A stretch of DNA of 64,000 nt from Novakomyces olei (taxonomy: Eukaryota). The position numbers were made by a program, and so were the translations under genes. Where the stretch lies: assembly GCA_016906335.1 (NCBI GenBank), contig JADEYG010000007.1:992001-1056000 (forward strand). The letters run 5' to 3'. Below, piece by piece: positions 38,905 to 51,763 of the stretch (position 1 is the first letter of the stretch; the number at the start of each line of letters is the position of its first letter). The notes beneath the pieces were generated by a model that saw only the letters and a list, made by a program, of their open reading frames with translations, made no database searches and was not told the origin of the DNA.

Positions 38905-40144
38905 TTATTCCTTGTGAATTCGAGGAACATCGACCCTTTTGCCAAAATCTTTATCGCCACACCGCAACAAATCGAAATTGTCATCGAGAAAGTCGAGCAC
39001 GTCCACAAGCAAATTCAAGCAAGAAAGCTTCATTCGTTCTTTCCTAGTAAGTTCATCTTGTAGCATATCCAATAAATGTTTTGTGAGCAAAGGGATTGGC
39101 AAGCATGTTCGGACTGACAAATTTACAAACTGCTCTATCGCTCCCCAAGGTGTCTTGTTGAATCCAGAAAATAATGAGGGATTTATGAGAAGTCCTCTCG
39201 CCGCCATGACACCTGGGAATTAGTATGAATGTAGGGGAAATTCCAAACTGAGAAAAATATATAATAATATAAAATATTAAAAAATATTATAGTATTATAA
39301 TATAACATAGAATAGAATAAAAAAATAAAATGTCTATCGCTAATTCAAGCGTTAACAGACGCCTTACCATCAACGCCAGCTATATCCACAATTTTCATAG
39401 CGTCAGAGAGAGAAAACACATCTCCGTTTGCAATTACGGGGACAGTGCATGCCTCCTTGACAGCAGCGATAGCCTCAAAATTGGGAGCCGTTTTACTGCT
39501 TTGATTCTTTAAACGGCCGTGGACGGTAATAAAATCAACACCCGCTCGCTCAACTGCATGACAAAATCGAATAGTTTGCGACAAATCAGTACTAATGCGA
39601 ATTTTCACATCCACACAGAAGTCTTCACCACAAGCCTCCTTCACTGCACGAACCATTGAGGCCACCAAGTCCGCATCATTAAGCAAATGGCACCCGATTC
39701 CTTCAGCGACTGCCCAAGACTGCGGACACCCGCAATTGATTCCAATCCCGCAAACATAAGGTTTAATCATTTGCGCTGCTCTTGCTAATATATCCGCATC
39801 ATTTGCGGCAAATTGAGCAATAACGTTTTCTCGATCTATTTGATAAGTAGGAGTAGATTTTAAAAATATCAAATTTGAAGAAAATTTAAAACGAAATAAA
39901 ACCAAAAACAATGTATTTTACCAAAGTCGTTTGTGCTAAACTCGAAAAAACTTGCGTTTGGATGGTTCACGAATTCTTTAGCCAGCATCATTGGTGTCAT
40001 TGCCAAATCAACTCCATAACTGCTAACGACATTGCGAAAGGCCAACTTTGAGTACCGAACCATTGGCGCCGCGATCCAAATTGGTCCATTTTTAGCACGT
40101 ATCCGCTCTAGCGGATGCGTATTTCGCCGCTCGGACGCCGTCAT
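38905..40144 (-). CDS. DUS4: tRNA-dihydrouridine(20a/20b) synthase
   Basis: AAPMVRYSKLAFR, INCGCPQSWA, ITVHGR, ANGD, G|VMAARGLL; 2 introns. Confidence 0.9.
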
Positions 40145-40389
40145 ATGAACCTGGCGAACTTTTTGTCTCGACTATAAAAAAATAAATAAATTTGTCATTG
40201 TATATAGTGTTTAAGAGATTTAATAATAATAATAATTATTATTGTTATTATTTATTAATTATTACTCTTTTTATCATGAACAACGTCATAATTATAGCGT
40301 AAATCGACGCCCGTTATTTGGAATTAGCAGGGCATCACGAGTCAAGACGCGACTGCACAGCATTCAAACCACGAGATATTTGCATAAAA

Positions 40390-41394
40390 ATGTTGGTTAA
40401 AGACAGATATAAAGGTGAGAGCTGAATCGTTTTAGTCTTAAAATCGCTGACAGTGATAACAGATGTCGCCACTAGTTCGGGCACTATGCGCGTGTTTATC
40501 TTTGAACCAAACTTGCAACAGTTTCCAAACGCCAAGTTCCCCGGCGTACTAGTCTTTTCTGAGATCTACCAAGTGACGGGTCCAGTAGCGCGGTTTTGCC
40601 GCCAGATTTGTGGGAATGGATACGTGGTGGCCGCCTGCTCTTCTTTTCATGAATTTGAACCACCAGAGGCGATTCCGTATGATACAGAAGGTACAGAAAA
40701 AGGTAACCGTTTGAAGGTGGAAAAGGAAGTTTCAGCGTACGATGAGGACGCAAAGCTGACAATTGATTTGCTTGAAAAGCTGCCTTCATGCAATGGCCGC
40801 ATTGGTGCTACGGGTAAGAATTTATTTTAATTTAGTAACTTAAAAATAGGAATGTGCTTAGGAGGCCATCTTGCTCTACGCGCTGCGTTTGATAACAGGT
40901 ACGGTCTGGATTGGATATCGTTCAATGGGGCTTGAGTTGGTCAAAACATTTGGGGGGTTTTTTTTCAAAACTTGTTAATCTTTAAAGGGTCCGAGCGGCC
41001 TGCTGCTTTTTCGCTACCGATATTCATACGCATTCGCTTGGTAAAGGCAAGAACGACGATTCGCTCGCTCGACTAGGCGAAATTGCAGGCGAACTTATTA
41101 TGATATTCGGGAAGCTGGATAATCATGTACCTCCAGAAGGACGTGACATTATTCGTAAATCCCTGCACGATGCGGGTGTGACTTTTAGCTTCTACGAGCC
41201 GGCATGGGCGCAGTAGGTTTTTAAAATTAATTTCTTACAAGTATGTATCGCAGCTTATATCTAACAATTCAACAAGGCACGCATTTATCCGTGACGAATC
41301 TAGCAAAGGACGCTTTGATCCTGCAATAGCAAAGATTTGCACGGAAATGATGTTTGAGCTGTTTAACAGAGTTCTCAAAGTGGACCTGCCTTGA
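40390..41394 (+). CDS. Dienelactone hydrolase (carboxymethylenebutenolidase) family
   Basis: FSEIYQVTGP, GAT|GMCLGG nucleophile motif, AQ|HAFIRDE; 4 introns. Confidence 0.9.
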
Positions 41395-41584
41395 AACAGG
41401 CAAAGATTGAAAGGGGAGTGACAATTGCAATTGCAGCATTGAGATATTTTGTACTGGACAGCGTCAAGTTTATTACTATTCTGCGTCAAACGAATCGTAG
41501 CCAATTTAGGCATTTATGAAGAAATTGCTCATTAATATTAAAACAAAAACAGCCCCCTTTATGCTGGTGCTTTTCATGTTAGTA

Positions 41585-43510
41585 TTATGTAGACTGCCGT
41601 ACGATTTCAAGTAAAGTTTGCCACGCTGGTCTTGCAACCAGCTCATTGCCATCGCTTAGACTATGACTTGCTGCTACTCGGGCCAGCAAGTCAAAGTCAG
41701 ATTGAGCGAGGATACCCAATGATTGAATATAGGCGAGTAAATGAAAGTCAGACACATCACAGATCGATTCATCAGTGGATCTTGAAGCACTGCTTTCCTT
41801 CAAGTGCAGAGTCTTTGAAAGTGATTGCATGTCCTGAGCGACGGCCATATCTCCCCTGTTTTCAATAGGAAAAGGTACGGAAGCGTTGAAAACGGGTTGT
41901 GGATTATCAGGAAATCCGTGAGTTAAGGTGACCAGTAAATACTCCATTGGAAAAGCCGGTTTCGCATTCTGTTTAACTTGGATCCCAAACTCGTTAATTT
42001 TCGAATAAAAAATCTCCGGCACGTAACGCGTCTCGTCTTCGTGTTTGACCAGCATATAGTTAGGATCAACACTGGGCTCAATAAGATCGGCATCAACCAT
42101 CCCGGCAGCAGCATTAGAGACTTGATATGCAGCGATATCGATATCGCCATCATTATTGCCAGAAACAACACAAGTAATAAACCGCGATCCAAATTTGCCC
42201 GTCTCTGACCATTTCGTAAATGTTGGGTACAGTGTCTGGTGAATAGCCGCAAATTGTGCTTCCAAGCTGGACAAGAAGTACGAGTTTATATGCCTTTTAC
42301 ACACAACAGAGCCCGGGCCTCCGTGTGCACTATTATCGATTAAATCGGTGAAAATTACTCCGACTTTCTCGAGCCCACAACTGGCCGCTACATGATCAAT
42401 CTGTTTGTCCTGTTCGCCGCCCAAGTAGTCCGGAGTCATTTGTAGGCCATCCTCATCTGTAGCCTGTGTTGGCTCATAAATTGCTTCCACTACCGCCTTG
42501 ACACCAAGCGGTACCGCAGTATACTCCTCGTACCGGCCGTACAAGTAACCCAACCGCTGATGCCCCGTGCGTCTCCAGTACTCTATGAAATCATTGATCA
42601 TTTGCGGCTGAGCAAATTCAACATGGTCGACCATACGGAACTGCTGTCGACTCAGTGTGATCGCACTCGGCTGGCATTTTGAACAGATTCCATGAGGCCA
42701 AGGTTTATGGCCGGCTTGGCAGTTTGGTAGTACCGTGTACCTTTCTTCGGAAAGCGGAGGGATGAAACTGTGGGCTAGCTCCGGCTTATTCGTGGCCGCA
42801 TTTATTTTTTTTAAATGTGCATAAAAGGACTCGTGCTTAATTCCATGGTCCTGTAAGTACTGCGGATCAAAGGGCTCAATAGGCCGGCAATAATCGCACA
42901 TGCCTTTAGGACCATGGCGACACATTGAGCTCATTGGCCTACTGATTTCACCGGATTGTTTCTCTAATTTGTTGTCCAGTGCACTTTGTCTCTGTGAGAA
43001 CGAAGACGCCTGAGAGGGCTGTGCAAATTTGAGAGGAACGTTCTCAGTTATCCCGGCTTTATTTGAATCAGAGTTTGCAGAGCCTTTCAACTCGGTGCTG
43101 CCGTTTTGCTGTTGGGTTGATTCAAAAGAAACGAATACCATATCGCCATGTCTCCAAAGTCAGCAAATGCTACTGAAAATTATAAAATAACAAAATAATA
43201 AAAATTTAAATAAGTACTTTAAACCAAGAGATCCGCAGGTCATGCCTTCAAGCTCCTGCAATAATTTTCCTGAAGACGACGGCGAGTCAGAGACCCGGAC
43301 TGACGCACGTTCTGCATTCGGAATAGCGTGGCATATCTAGTCAGGGTCAGCAAACTTTGACGACCTGCACCTTGCTTCCTCACCTGATCGAGAAACTTGC
43401 TAGCGTCATCAGACGCTTCAAGAGTCGCACGACCTGTTCCTTCACGAGACCGAAACCGTACAATCTAATTGACGTTAAAATTTACAGAAGCAATTCCGGA
43501 AACTTGCCAT
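41585..43510 (-). CDS. NPL4: Npl4, Cdc48 cofactor
   Basis: M|IVRFRSREG, LGLK|HGDMVF, zf-NPL4 CRHGPKGMCDYC, FRMVDHVEF, FPIENR; 3 introns. Confidence 0.95.
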
Positions 43511-43889
43511 CAATGCTGGCCGCGTTACGTCACGCTAAACAGTAGGCGATTACGCTATTGTACGCACGCCTTCATATTATTATATATATATATCTAGCAG
43601 TATAATTAATATCTACAGAATAACAGAGAAACATATACAGGAAAACAATTATACCGGAAATTAAAGATAAAAAAGGGCAACTTTATTAAACACGTGTACT
43701 TCACGCGTAGAGTGTACGCCGCCTACAGTTTCTACAATCCAGCACAATCCCATTCTAATCAATTCAATAGCATATTAAAACCTTAATCCACCGCTGCTTC
43801 CCTTTAACTACGAATATTTAGCCATTAAAGACGGTTTGCCACATTATCAAGTGAAAGGACCAAGTATCAGCGTTGTTGCGATCCTCAAT

Positions 43890-44720
43890 TTAAAGTATCG
43901 TGCACTTTTTGCTCTTCTTCGAGACCGGGGGTTCCAAAGCGGCTACAATGGCTTCATCAAATACGTTCTTGAGCCCCTTCTGAGTCAGAGCAGAGCACTC
44001 AACGTACTTGACGGCACCGAGTTCACGCGCAAGACGCTCTCCCATTTCCTGAGAAATTGGCCTCTGCTGTTGACGTTGCAGTTTCTCAATAACAGAAGGT
44101 TCATTACGTAAATCAATCTGTGTACCAACGATAAGGCAGGGCACACCGGGACAATGATGGTGCACTTCAGGGAACCATTTCTCTTTGACGTTCTCAAAAC
44201 TGGCGTACGAGGTCACAGAAAAGCATACAAGAAACACGTCCGTTTGTGGGTATGATAGAGGGCGCAGACGGTCGTAATCCTCCTGGCCAGCTGTATCAAA
44301 TAAACCCAATGTGTAGGGCTCATCGCCAATCATAACAGTTACAGCGTAATTGTCAAAGACCTTTCTATTAGTCATTTATAATATAAAAGCTGTGAACAAA
44401 TAATACAAAAAATGCAGTAATAAAATGAGCAACAATAAATAATGTTATCACACTCCATCCCGTGCAATACGCAAAGAGCCATGATGACGATTACAGTGAT
44501 AGATCAATATTTGTAAATAAAACAGAAAAAGTGCAAGCGCTTCTCAACATTACCGTAGGAACATATTCAGAGGGGAACTTGTTGGTTGTATACGATATAA
44601 GCAAACATGTTTTTCCGACGGCACCATCGCCCACAACGACACACTGCCAAAGTTAGTTGCAAAGGAAACCACCGAGTTGAAAAGAGAATGTGAGGGCTTT
44701 TTTACCTTGATAGTCTGCAT
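43890..44720 (-). CDS. CDC42: Rho-family GTPase Cdc42
   Basis: [50 protein letters not shown]. Confidence 0.98.
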
Positions 44721-45300
44721 ATCGGATAAAGCGATAGCAAAAAGCTATTAAATCGATGCGATAATGAGCGAAAATAATGCAAAACAATGCTTCAGAGTAA
44801 ACGGCTGGAATAAAGCAACCACAGATCTCGAGACAAAGTTGGATCTTTAGGAACAATCAGATTCAGCACCACAAAGCCCCGTGTAGCGCTTTACGACGGA
44901 TTCAAGGTTGTATTCGCCGAGAGTAGTTTTAAATGAATCCGTAAACTGTTCTGAAATATTGCAATCTCGCTACACTCGGTTTCCGTTAACACCAGGCTCT
45001 GAATTGAGAGAGGGGGTGAAGGTCCAAAAAAAGGTATTGAACGTCCCTTAAGACGTGCGCAATTATCTCAAGAGAAGCAAATTGACGCGTAAACTTGAGA
45101 GCTTTGATGAAAAAAAGCACGCTGCTTTTGTCAATAGCTTGCGACCTGCTCTGGCAGGCTATTGGACGTCTATGAGGCGCGCCGCCGTGGTCAACAAGCC
45201 GCTGACTTATAACTGCCAACCCGTTATTTTTACTCGGTTTTCTATGTAAAAAAGGACGGTATATGTTATACAATTAATACTTGTGCGAAGAGAGTTAAAC

Positions 45301-45486
<186 letters not shown>

Positions 45487-45792
45487 GTCCGCTTTGAATG
45501 ACACTACTCGTGTTTCAGGAGATTGCAGCTTTTATACCCATCCTTTCCTTTTTTATACGAAAATCTGAACGGTTTACGGCAAGAAAGAACGAGCACGAAA
45601 ATTATAAATTTATAAAGAGCAGAGTCGTCTTTGGTAGCAATTTAGAATGAGATGTATACAAATTTATTCCTATTTTGGAGCAAGTTTTACAATGAACATA
45701 ATATTACATTGGTAAACTGAAGCCACATCAGTTAGTCTGGTAACAAAAGCTTATGAAATTTTTCAATTTTTATTATTGAGTAACGTCAAGAT

Positions 45793-48314
45793 TTAATAAT
45801 CAACGTCTTGATCGTCAGCTTCCCTATTCTGCTGTTGCGATACTTGGGCACGATACATCTCTGCTACCTGTTCCGAAGTTGTAGCATCGTTAGCATCTTT
45901 GTCATCCCGTAACCTCAAGTACCGTGGAAACCGCAATGAAACACCCTTGCCCGAGTCAATAACACCAATTGCCGCCTTGTACACTGGCGACAGGGACAAA
46001 TCAGCTGTTCTAACTTCCATCAAAAGCTTTGCTTCAAACCAAACATCGGGAGGGCTTGCCTCAGAGTATAAATAATAAGGCTTTGCAGTGGAAATTGCTA
46101 ATGGTGCTAAGCGGGAATGCAGCATTTCCAAATCCTGTTCACTAAACCCGGTCCCAATCTTCGTAATGGCCTGAAAAGTCTCTGAATCTCCATCATAACA
46201 AGCCAGCAAAAATGCTCCGTATACATTAGTACGCTTGCCCTTGCCCAAGTAGGCTCCAATCACGACCAAGTCTAATGAATCTCCAGCCCCGGCCAAATAG
46301 TCCTTTTTCACTTTGAGCCAGTTGTGAGACCTTTTCGAGGGCTCATAAGCCGCACCTGGGCCAGTGAGCAATTTAACCATAAGCCCCTCACACGAATCAC
46401 GGACACTTTGCTCTAGAAAAGTCTGTATATCCTCCGGTGAATGTGAACTTGAATGAGTGGCAAATCCAAAGCGGCCTTTCACAGGAACAAAAGATTGTAA
46501 TAAACGAGCACGACGCTCAGCAAGGGCAAGGTGAATTAAAGGCTCGCCATTTAAGTATAACAGGTCAAAGGCAAAAAGGCAGACTTGGACTTTAATGTCT
46601 TTTTCCTGTACATCCTTGCGCTTCCGGGTGCTCAGTTTTTGAAAAGGCAATATGTGTTCATCTTCACGATCCCAGGCAACTGCTTCACAATCAAGAATAA
46701 AAGATTGCACCCCCGGTTGAATAAACTGATTGAGGGCAGAGATAATGTCCGGGTACCTTTCCGACATATTCTCAGAATTTCTCGAATAGACACGGGCCCC
46801 CGTGTCCTGAGAATAATGAATCTGTGCCCGCTCCCCATCGTACTTGTACTCGCAGGTAAAAGTAGAGCCGGGGTGTTCGAATCGGTCAAGTACCTCTGAT
46901 ATTGACCGTGTCGGTTTGGCCAGCATTGGCTTTACGGGTACTCCAGGTGTCAATTTACAATGCTCCATTAGCCCACTAATACCGTACTGTAACAAGACAG
47001 GGACAAGTTGATCGTATGAAGGCATTCGGGAAAAGACGTCTCGCATTGCTTGCTCTGCTTCTGCTTTGGTCATTGTGAAATCGGGGTCGCCTCGACGCTT
47101 TTCACGTTCAATCGCCCAAATTGCATCTGCCAGACCAACAAGGACACTTTTCTCCGCAAGGCCAATCCTCAGTTTACCTTCAAGGGACCGAATAAAATAC
47201 TTTGGTTCCGTGCCAGAGCAGCTAGATAAAATCTTGCGAATAATCCCCACTTTACGTGCTTGAGACTGGTTGCCTGTTACACCCGCTATTTCGCGTAAAC
47301 TGGAAAATACAAAGGCGACCGTGAGTGCCTGAGGTTGGAACATAGTGGGCTGGTTGGATTTTGAAGCCTGTGCAACTTTACCCAAGTCCCCTACTTTTCC
47401 CAGCTCTGCTTTAATCTGTGCTACACTACGGCCTGTGCCCTCGGCAATAGCCTTGATCAGGAGCCCTTCACCGATGCCCAGTTCAATGCCCTCATAGTCT
47501 GGAGCCAGCTGGTAATTAGCAAAGGAGAAGCAATGTATGAAGAATAGAGAGAATCAAAATTAGGCCGACGAGAAGACAAGACACAAAAGAAGAAGAGATA
47601 AAAAGAAGGAAAGGCATGGGAACAGAGAGAAGGGATAATTGAAAAGTCTACAAGTACTAGTGAACTAATAATGAGCCACAATGTAAAGGCCCCAACAGAC
47701 GCATTGACACAACATTTGGAGAGATGAATACAAGGTATAAAGTCAGAACCGGCACCAGACTGCCCGCGTAACAGCTTGGGCGCGTATGACACAACACATA
47801 CCCTATTGATAGCGAGATAGATCACTTTAAGCAAATCCTGTGGGTACTTGGCCGCCGTTGTCTTGAGCAAAGCTGAAATCAATGCGACAATCTCCAAGCG
47901 TGAGCTCGTAGCCTCAATGCGCTCAAACGTATTCGAAAGCTCAGCATAAGGCATCGACGATAATTTCCCATCTCCATTCACAGCCTTTTGTGATTTTACC
48001 GCCTCTGGCCCGTCAATTTCTTCACCGTTCTCTTTAGTATCGAGTCTAAGCTTTTTGTCTCTGTGACCCTCTGGCTCCTCCGCAACATTGTTAATACCAG
48101 TGCTGGTACTTGTAGCAGCAGGCCTTCCAAAGCTAAGTGTAGTTTGCCGCATGGAAGTGAAAGACGCGTGTGTTTCCCGTTTTACACGCGACACGAACGC
48201 GGAAAATTGGACACTGGCGTACGGACGCGTCAAATATTTACGGGGAAATGTGCGCAGAGCTTCAACTCTTTTAGATGCCGTTATCGCTCCAAATCGTTGC
48301 GTGATTCTGATCAT
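45793..48314 (-). CDS. CDC9: DNA ligase I (Cdc9/Cdc17)
   Basis: EYKYDGER active site, EGLMVK, WLKVKKDY, LRFPR; one intron ~47509-47801; two in-frame ATGs (48314, 48152). Confidence 0.95.
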
Positions 48315-48511
48315 AAACGCGCTCGCTGTGTATCGTGTTGTCTTATAAATTAATTAGTATTCATGCACAATACTGTGCTTTTTGTGCTTTCTGCTATTCG
48401 TCTCACTATTACTATGTGAATCCTTTTTCAATGTACCCATACGTTTATTATATGGATAACTTTAGCGACCAGCTCTATGTAATAATGTACGCTAGTTTAC
48501 AGTACATTTTT

Positions 48512-48626
48512 TTATTTATTTTATTTTATTTTATTTTATTTTATTTTATTTTATTTTATTTTATTTTATTTTATTTTATTTTATTTTATTTTATTTTATT
48601 TTATTTTGTTTTATTTTGTTTTTTTA
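48512..48626. repeat. (TTTTA)n microsatellite
   Basis: Directly visible. Confidence 0.95.
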
Positions 48627-49144
48627 TTTCAACTTATCTTGCGGTATTATCAAACGTGAACTTTTGGTTTGCTGGACGATGATTGAAACGTTAACTAAAG
48701 CGATTTCACAGTCTATCGATACAAAAAGCTTGTCTGCATTCAATCACTCTGCATAGAACGTAATATATTATCACGTCAAATACTATGGTGATAATCAGAT
48801 TAACGGTATGATGCAACAGTCAAGTCTTCACCCAATGCCATTGTGAGATATGATTAAACCTTGAAGAATAAATAAATACCTTGGAAATAAATATGTATAT
48901 GACAATCAACAATAAAAAAAAAGCTTGGGGATGGATGAAAAGGAGAGAGATCGAAAAAAAAGTTTCAAACAATAAACGTTGTGGAGAAGTGTTAAAAGAT
49001 AAAGAGAAATAATAAAATCAAAACACACAAACTAGACGAATTTTTAATGGGAAATGAAGCAAGAAAAACGAAACGACCACGGTAGAGAAACAGGATTCAA
49101 AGTCAAACAAGAATCATTGAATGCCAGAGCGTCAGGACAAGCCA

Positions 49145-50026
49145 CTACTGTCCACGCGCCCGCAACTTTACACGAACAAACTCCTCTTCATCACGCCATA
49201 CTTGCTGGCGCGAACCGTCTCCGCGTTTAGCAAGTCGGTTCGGCCCTCGAGGATCATCCGCAGAATAATGTCCCGTCGGCCCCGCAGCAGGGGCAGCACC
49301 GTTTTCCACAGAAGAAACTACAAAAGGTGCAGAAGGTGTAAGCGTAGTAAGGATATCAGGAGGATCAGCCGCCACTGTATACACAGAGTAAGAAGACGTC
49401 GGGAACAGCCTCCGAGGAGTGTGCGTATCCGCGGTAATACGCGTTCCCGGCCGAGGCTGCATCGGTGCGGAATGCGTACTCCCCGACTGGGACAAGTAAG
49501 GCAGCAATAGACTGCCAGAGGGAAACTCTGTGTTTAATGAGCCTTGAGTAGAGCTTGCAGCCTGAGTTGCAGGCACAGAGCCGGAAGGGGTCCCCGACGC
49601 CTGAGCATTAGCACTCGAAATCTCTGGAGCAAAAGCGCCAGTCATGCCAGTAAGGCGGAAGCGGCCAGAGTAAGTAACGGCAATTCCGTTGGGCGTGACA
49701 GAGTAGAACCGTAAAAAGTATACAGGACGGTCACTGAGGCCGCCAATTCCAGGAGAGATTTGGACTGTAGTGCTTCCATCCGCCGGCTGTACTTGATCCC
49801 TCAGCGTAGTCAGGACTGTAGGATTGTCGTTGCTGCCAGTGCACAGGAGAATAGTCAGCATCTGCATACTGCTCAGACTCGGCTGGTCTCCATCGTCCGT
49901 CCACGAGATCTGGAAACTGCCAGAGGCCGCGTAAGACTGGCCGCCGGCTGGCTGTGTGATTCTATAATTGGCACGCACAAAGCCTGTCAGGCAAAGCAGT
50001 ACGGCAACGGGCCGGAAAAGTAGCAT
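49145..50026 (-). CDS. KRE9: Kre9/Knh1 family beta-1,6-glucan synthesis protein, secreted
   Basis: Signal peptide from ATG 50026, ISWTDDG, LCTGSN, YSGRFRLTGMTG, PYLSQSG..APMQPRPGT. Confidence 0.85.
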   Translation of the reverse strand: MLLFRPVAVLLCLTGFVRANYRITQPAGGQSYAASGSFQISWTDDGDQPSLSSMQMLTILLCTGSNDNPTVLTTLRDQVQPADGSTTVQISPGIGGLSDRPVYFLRFYSVTPNGIAVTYSGRFRLTGMTGAFAPEISSANAQASGTPSGSVPATQAASSTQGSLNTEFPSGSLLLPYLSQSGSTHSAPMQPRPGTRITADTHTPRRLFPTSSYSVYTVAADPPDILTTLTPSAPFVVSSVENGAAPAAGPTGHYSADDPRGPNRLAKRGDGSRQQVWRDEEEFVRVKLRARGQ

Positions 50027-50713
50027 TCCGGTAATCGAGCGCTTACTGCCTTGTGACGCGTCAAATAACGTGTAGCGAATCTCAATCAATGGACCGCCGT
50101 TGTTGTTTACGCTTCTTGACGCGTTGGCCAAGTGCCTCTTGAAGGGTTGTTTTTGGGCTTTTTATTCACCACTAGGAACAAATTAATTCTATTAAAAATA
50201 TATTCTATTAAAACTATATTCTATTAATAAATATTGTATACTGTTCAAGGAATATATACACGCGAATCTGCCGGCGGAGACACCACGCACGGGTAATAAA
50301 TAATACGTGGATAATTACATACTGTATCGTCCTGTTGGATCACTTGTTTTATACGTAAAGTAAAGAGGGCCGTGGCGTGGCGTGGTGTGGCGTATAGTCT
50401 TCTCCTATATACAGTACATAGTACTCTTCAAAGAGGCGTTATAATTCGCTGTGTGGGTATATATTATGTATTGTTAAAAGCGCCAAGCAAAAAGGGCGAA
50501 AATCGTCATAATTATGGTTTTATTCGTGTTTGTATACATATCTTCCGGCCTTGTTGACCGATCCTTTCTCGCGACGAAAAGCAGCCAACAAGACATAAAT
50601 GCAGTAGATAACAACACTACAGGCGCTATACCGGCAAAAGAAAAAGAAAAAGAAAAAAAAGTAGTGATAAAAGTACAATGCAGTTTAGACGATTGCAAGT
50701 ATTTATGGCCATT

Positions 50714-51763
50714 TCAGGTCGGGTTGTCTGGATTGTCCGCATGCTCAAGAAGCATATCATACGCTATTTGAAGTCGCTCTTTAGAAGCGCCAACCTTATC
50801 GTCGAGTTAGTATTTGCCATGGATACTACAAATATAATGAATTGAGCAACAAGAGAATTATTCGACACTATGGATGCCCAGTTGCGTCGAAACGCTGAAA
50901 AATGTAGAGCCAAATCAAGCCAATAGCAAAATAGACGGACATACAAAAATAAATACTGCACAGTTGCAGAAAAGTTCTAATATTCTCATCGGGAAAAATA
51001 AAACACAATCTCATGAACAAAAAACAGTAAAATCTCACCTCAAAATCGACTAGAAATAGCAGCCCAGTCTCAAGGCGAGCCAGTTCCGAGACTGCAACAC
51101 CGCCAACTTGAGCCCAGCGCAAGTGTCGCGCTGCAGGCGAAGCTCCCTCGCCTACATCACGAATAACTTTATCGGCCACGACAAAACTAGCCAGTACAAT
51201 ACGATGAGCCGTAAGCTGTGAACAGTGCTGTCGCAACTCGCAAATCAATGAGACTACAAGCAGTACATGTTGCTGGCTCAATCTTATAAATCGATGAATC
51301 CTTTTGTAAATATGAGAAAAAAAACGAGAAGACAATAATAAAATATCAACCAAACAACAAAATATCAACCAAGATAGTACATATAAACCAATAGTTGTAA
51401 TTTAACGGTGAAAAATAAAGCAACGCAACAAAATAGTTAAATACAAATTGACGCAAGCGCAGTTCCATTTCACAAAACTTACCGCTGCACGTATGAGCCT
51501 AGGTCCATGGCAGGAACCTGTCGCGAGCGAAACCTCTTCATTATAGCCTGAATCTGCGCACTGTCATGAGCAAAATCGCCAGATACTTGCTCAATCGGCT
51601 TCTCGTCTCCATCGCATACGCTCTTGCACCAGCTTATAAACAGTTTGAGCAGTACATTTATATTTGCATTCCAGGCGCGCATGTCAGAGAATGAAATGCT
51701 GCGAGGCAAATGCCCAACATCGTCTTCAGTCCGCCCCTCTATAGCCTCGCTGCTGTCTGCCAT
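50714..51763 (-). CDS. Pho80/Pcl-type (Pho85) cyclin
   Basis: FRSRQVPAMDLGSYVQR|IHRF, HRIVLASFVVADK, WAQVGGV..ELARLE..LLFLVDFE; 2 introns. Confidence 0.8.

Noticed and set aside
37933..39063. Long overlapping ORFs (206 aa minus, 210 aa plus)
   Set aside because: No recognisable motifs; shadows of the main ORF and its 3' UTR
26535..41394. Amidase + lactonase + GNAT + dienelactone hydrolase as a catabolic gene cluster
   Set aside because: Interspersed with STT3, DUS4 and other housekeeping genes; no regulator, transporter or oxygenase
32981..44270. Alternative yeast genetic code (CUG reassignment)
   Set aside because: CTG occurs at invariant Leu positions (STT3 GGTLYPG; CDC42 RLRPL and ALTQ)
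44721..45290. Identification as telomerase, RNase P/MRP, SRP or snRNA
   Set aside because: No CTAACCCT-type template, no complete P4 motifs, SRP helix 8 or snRNA signature found by eye
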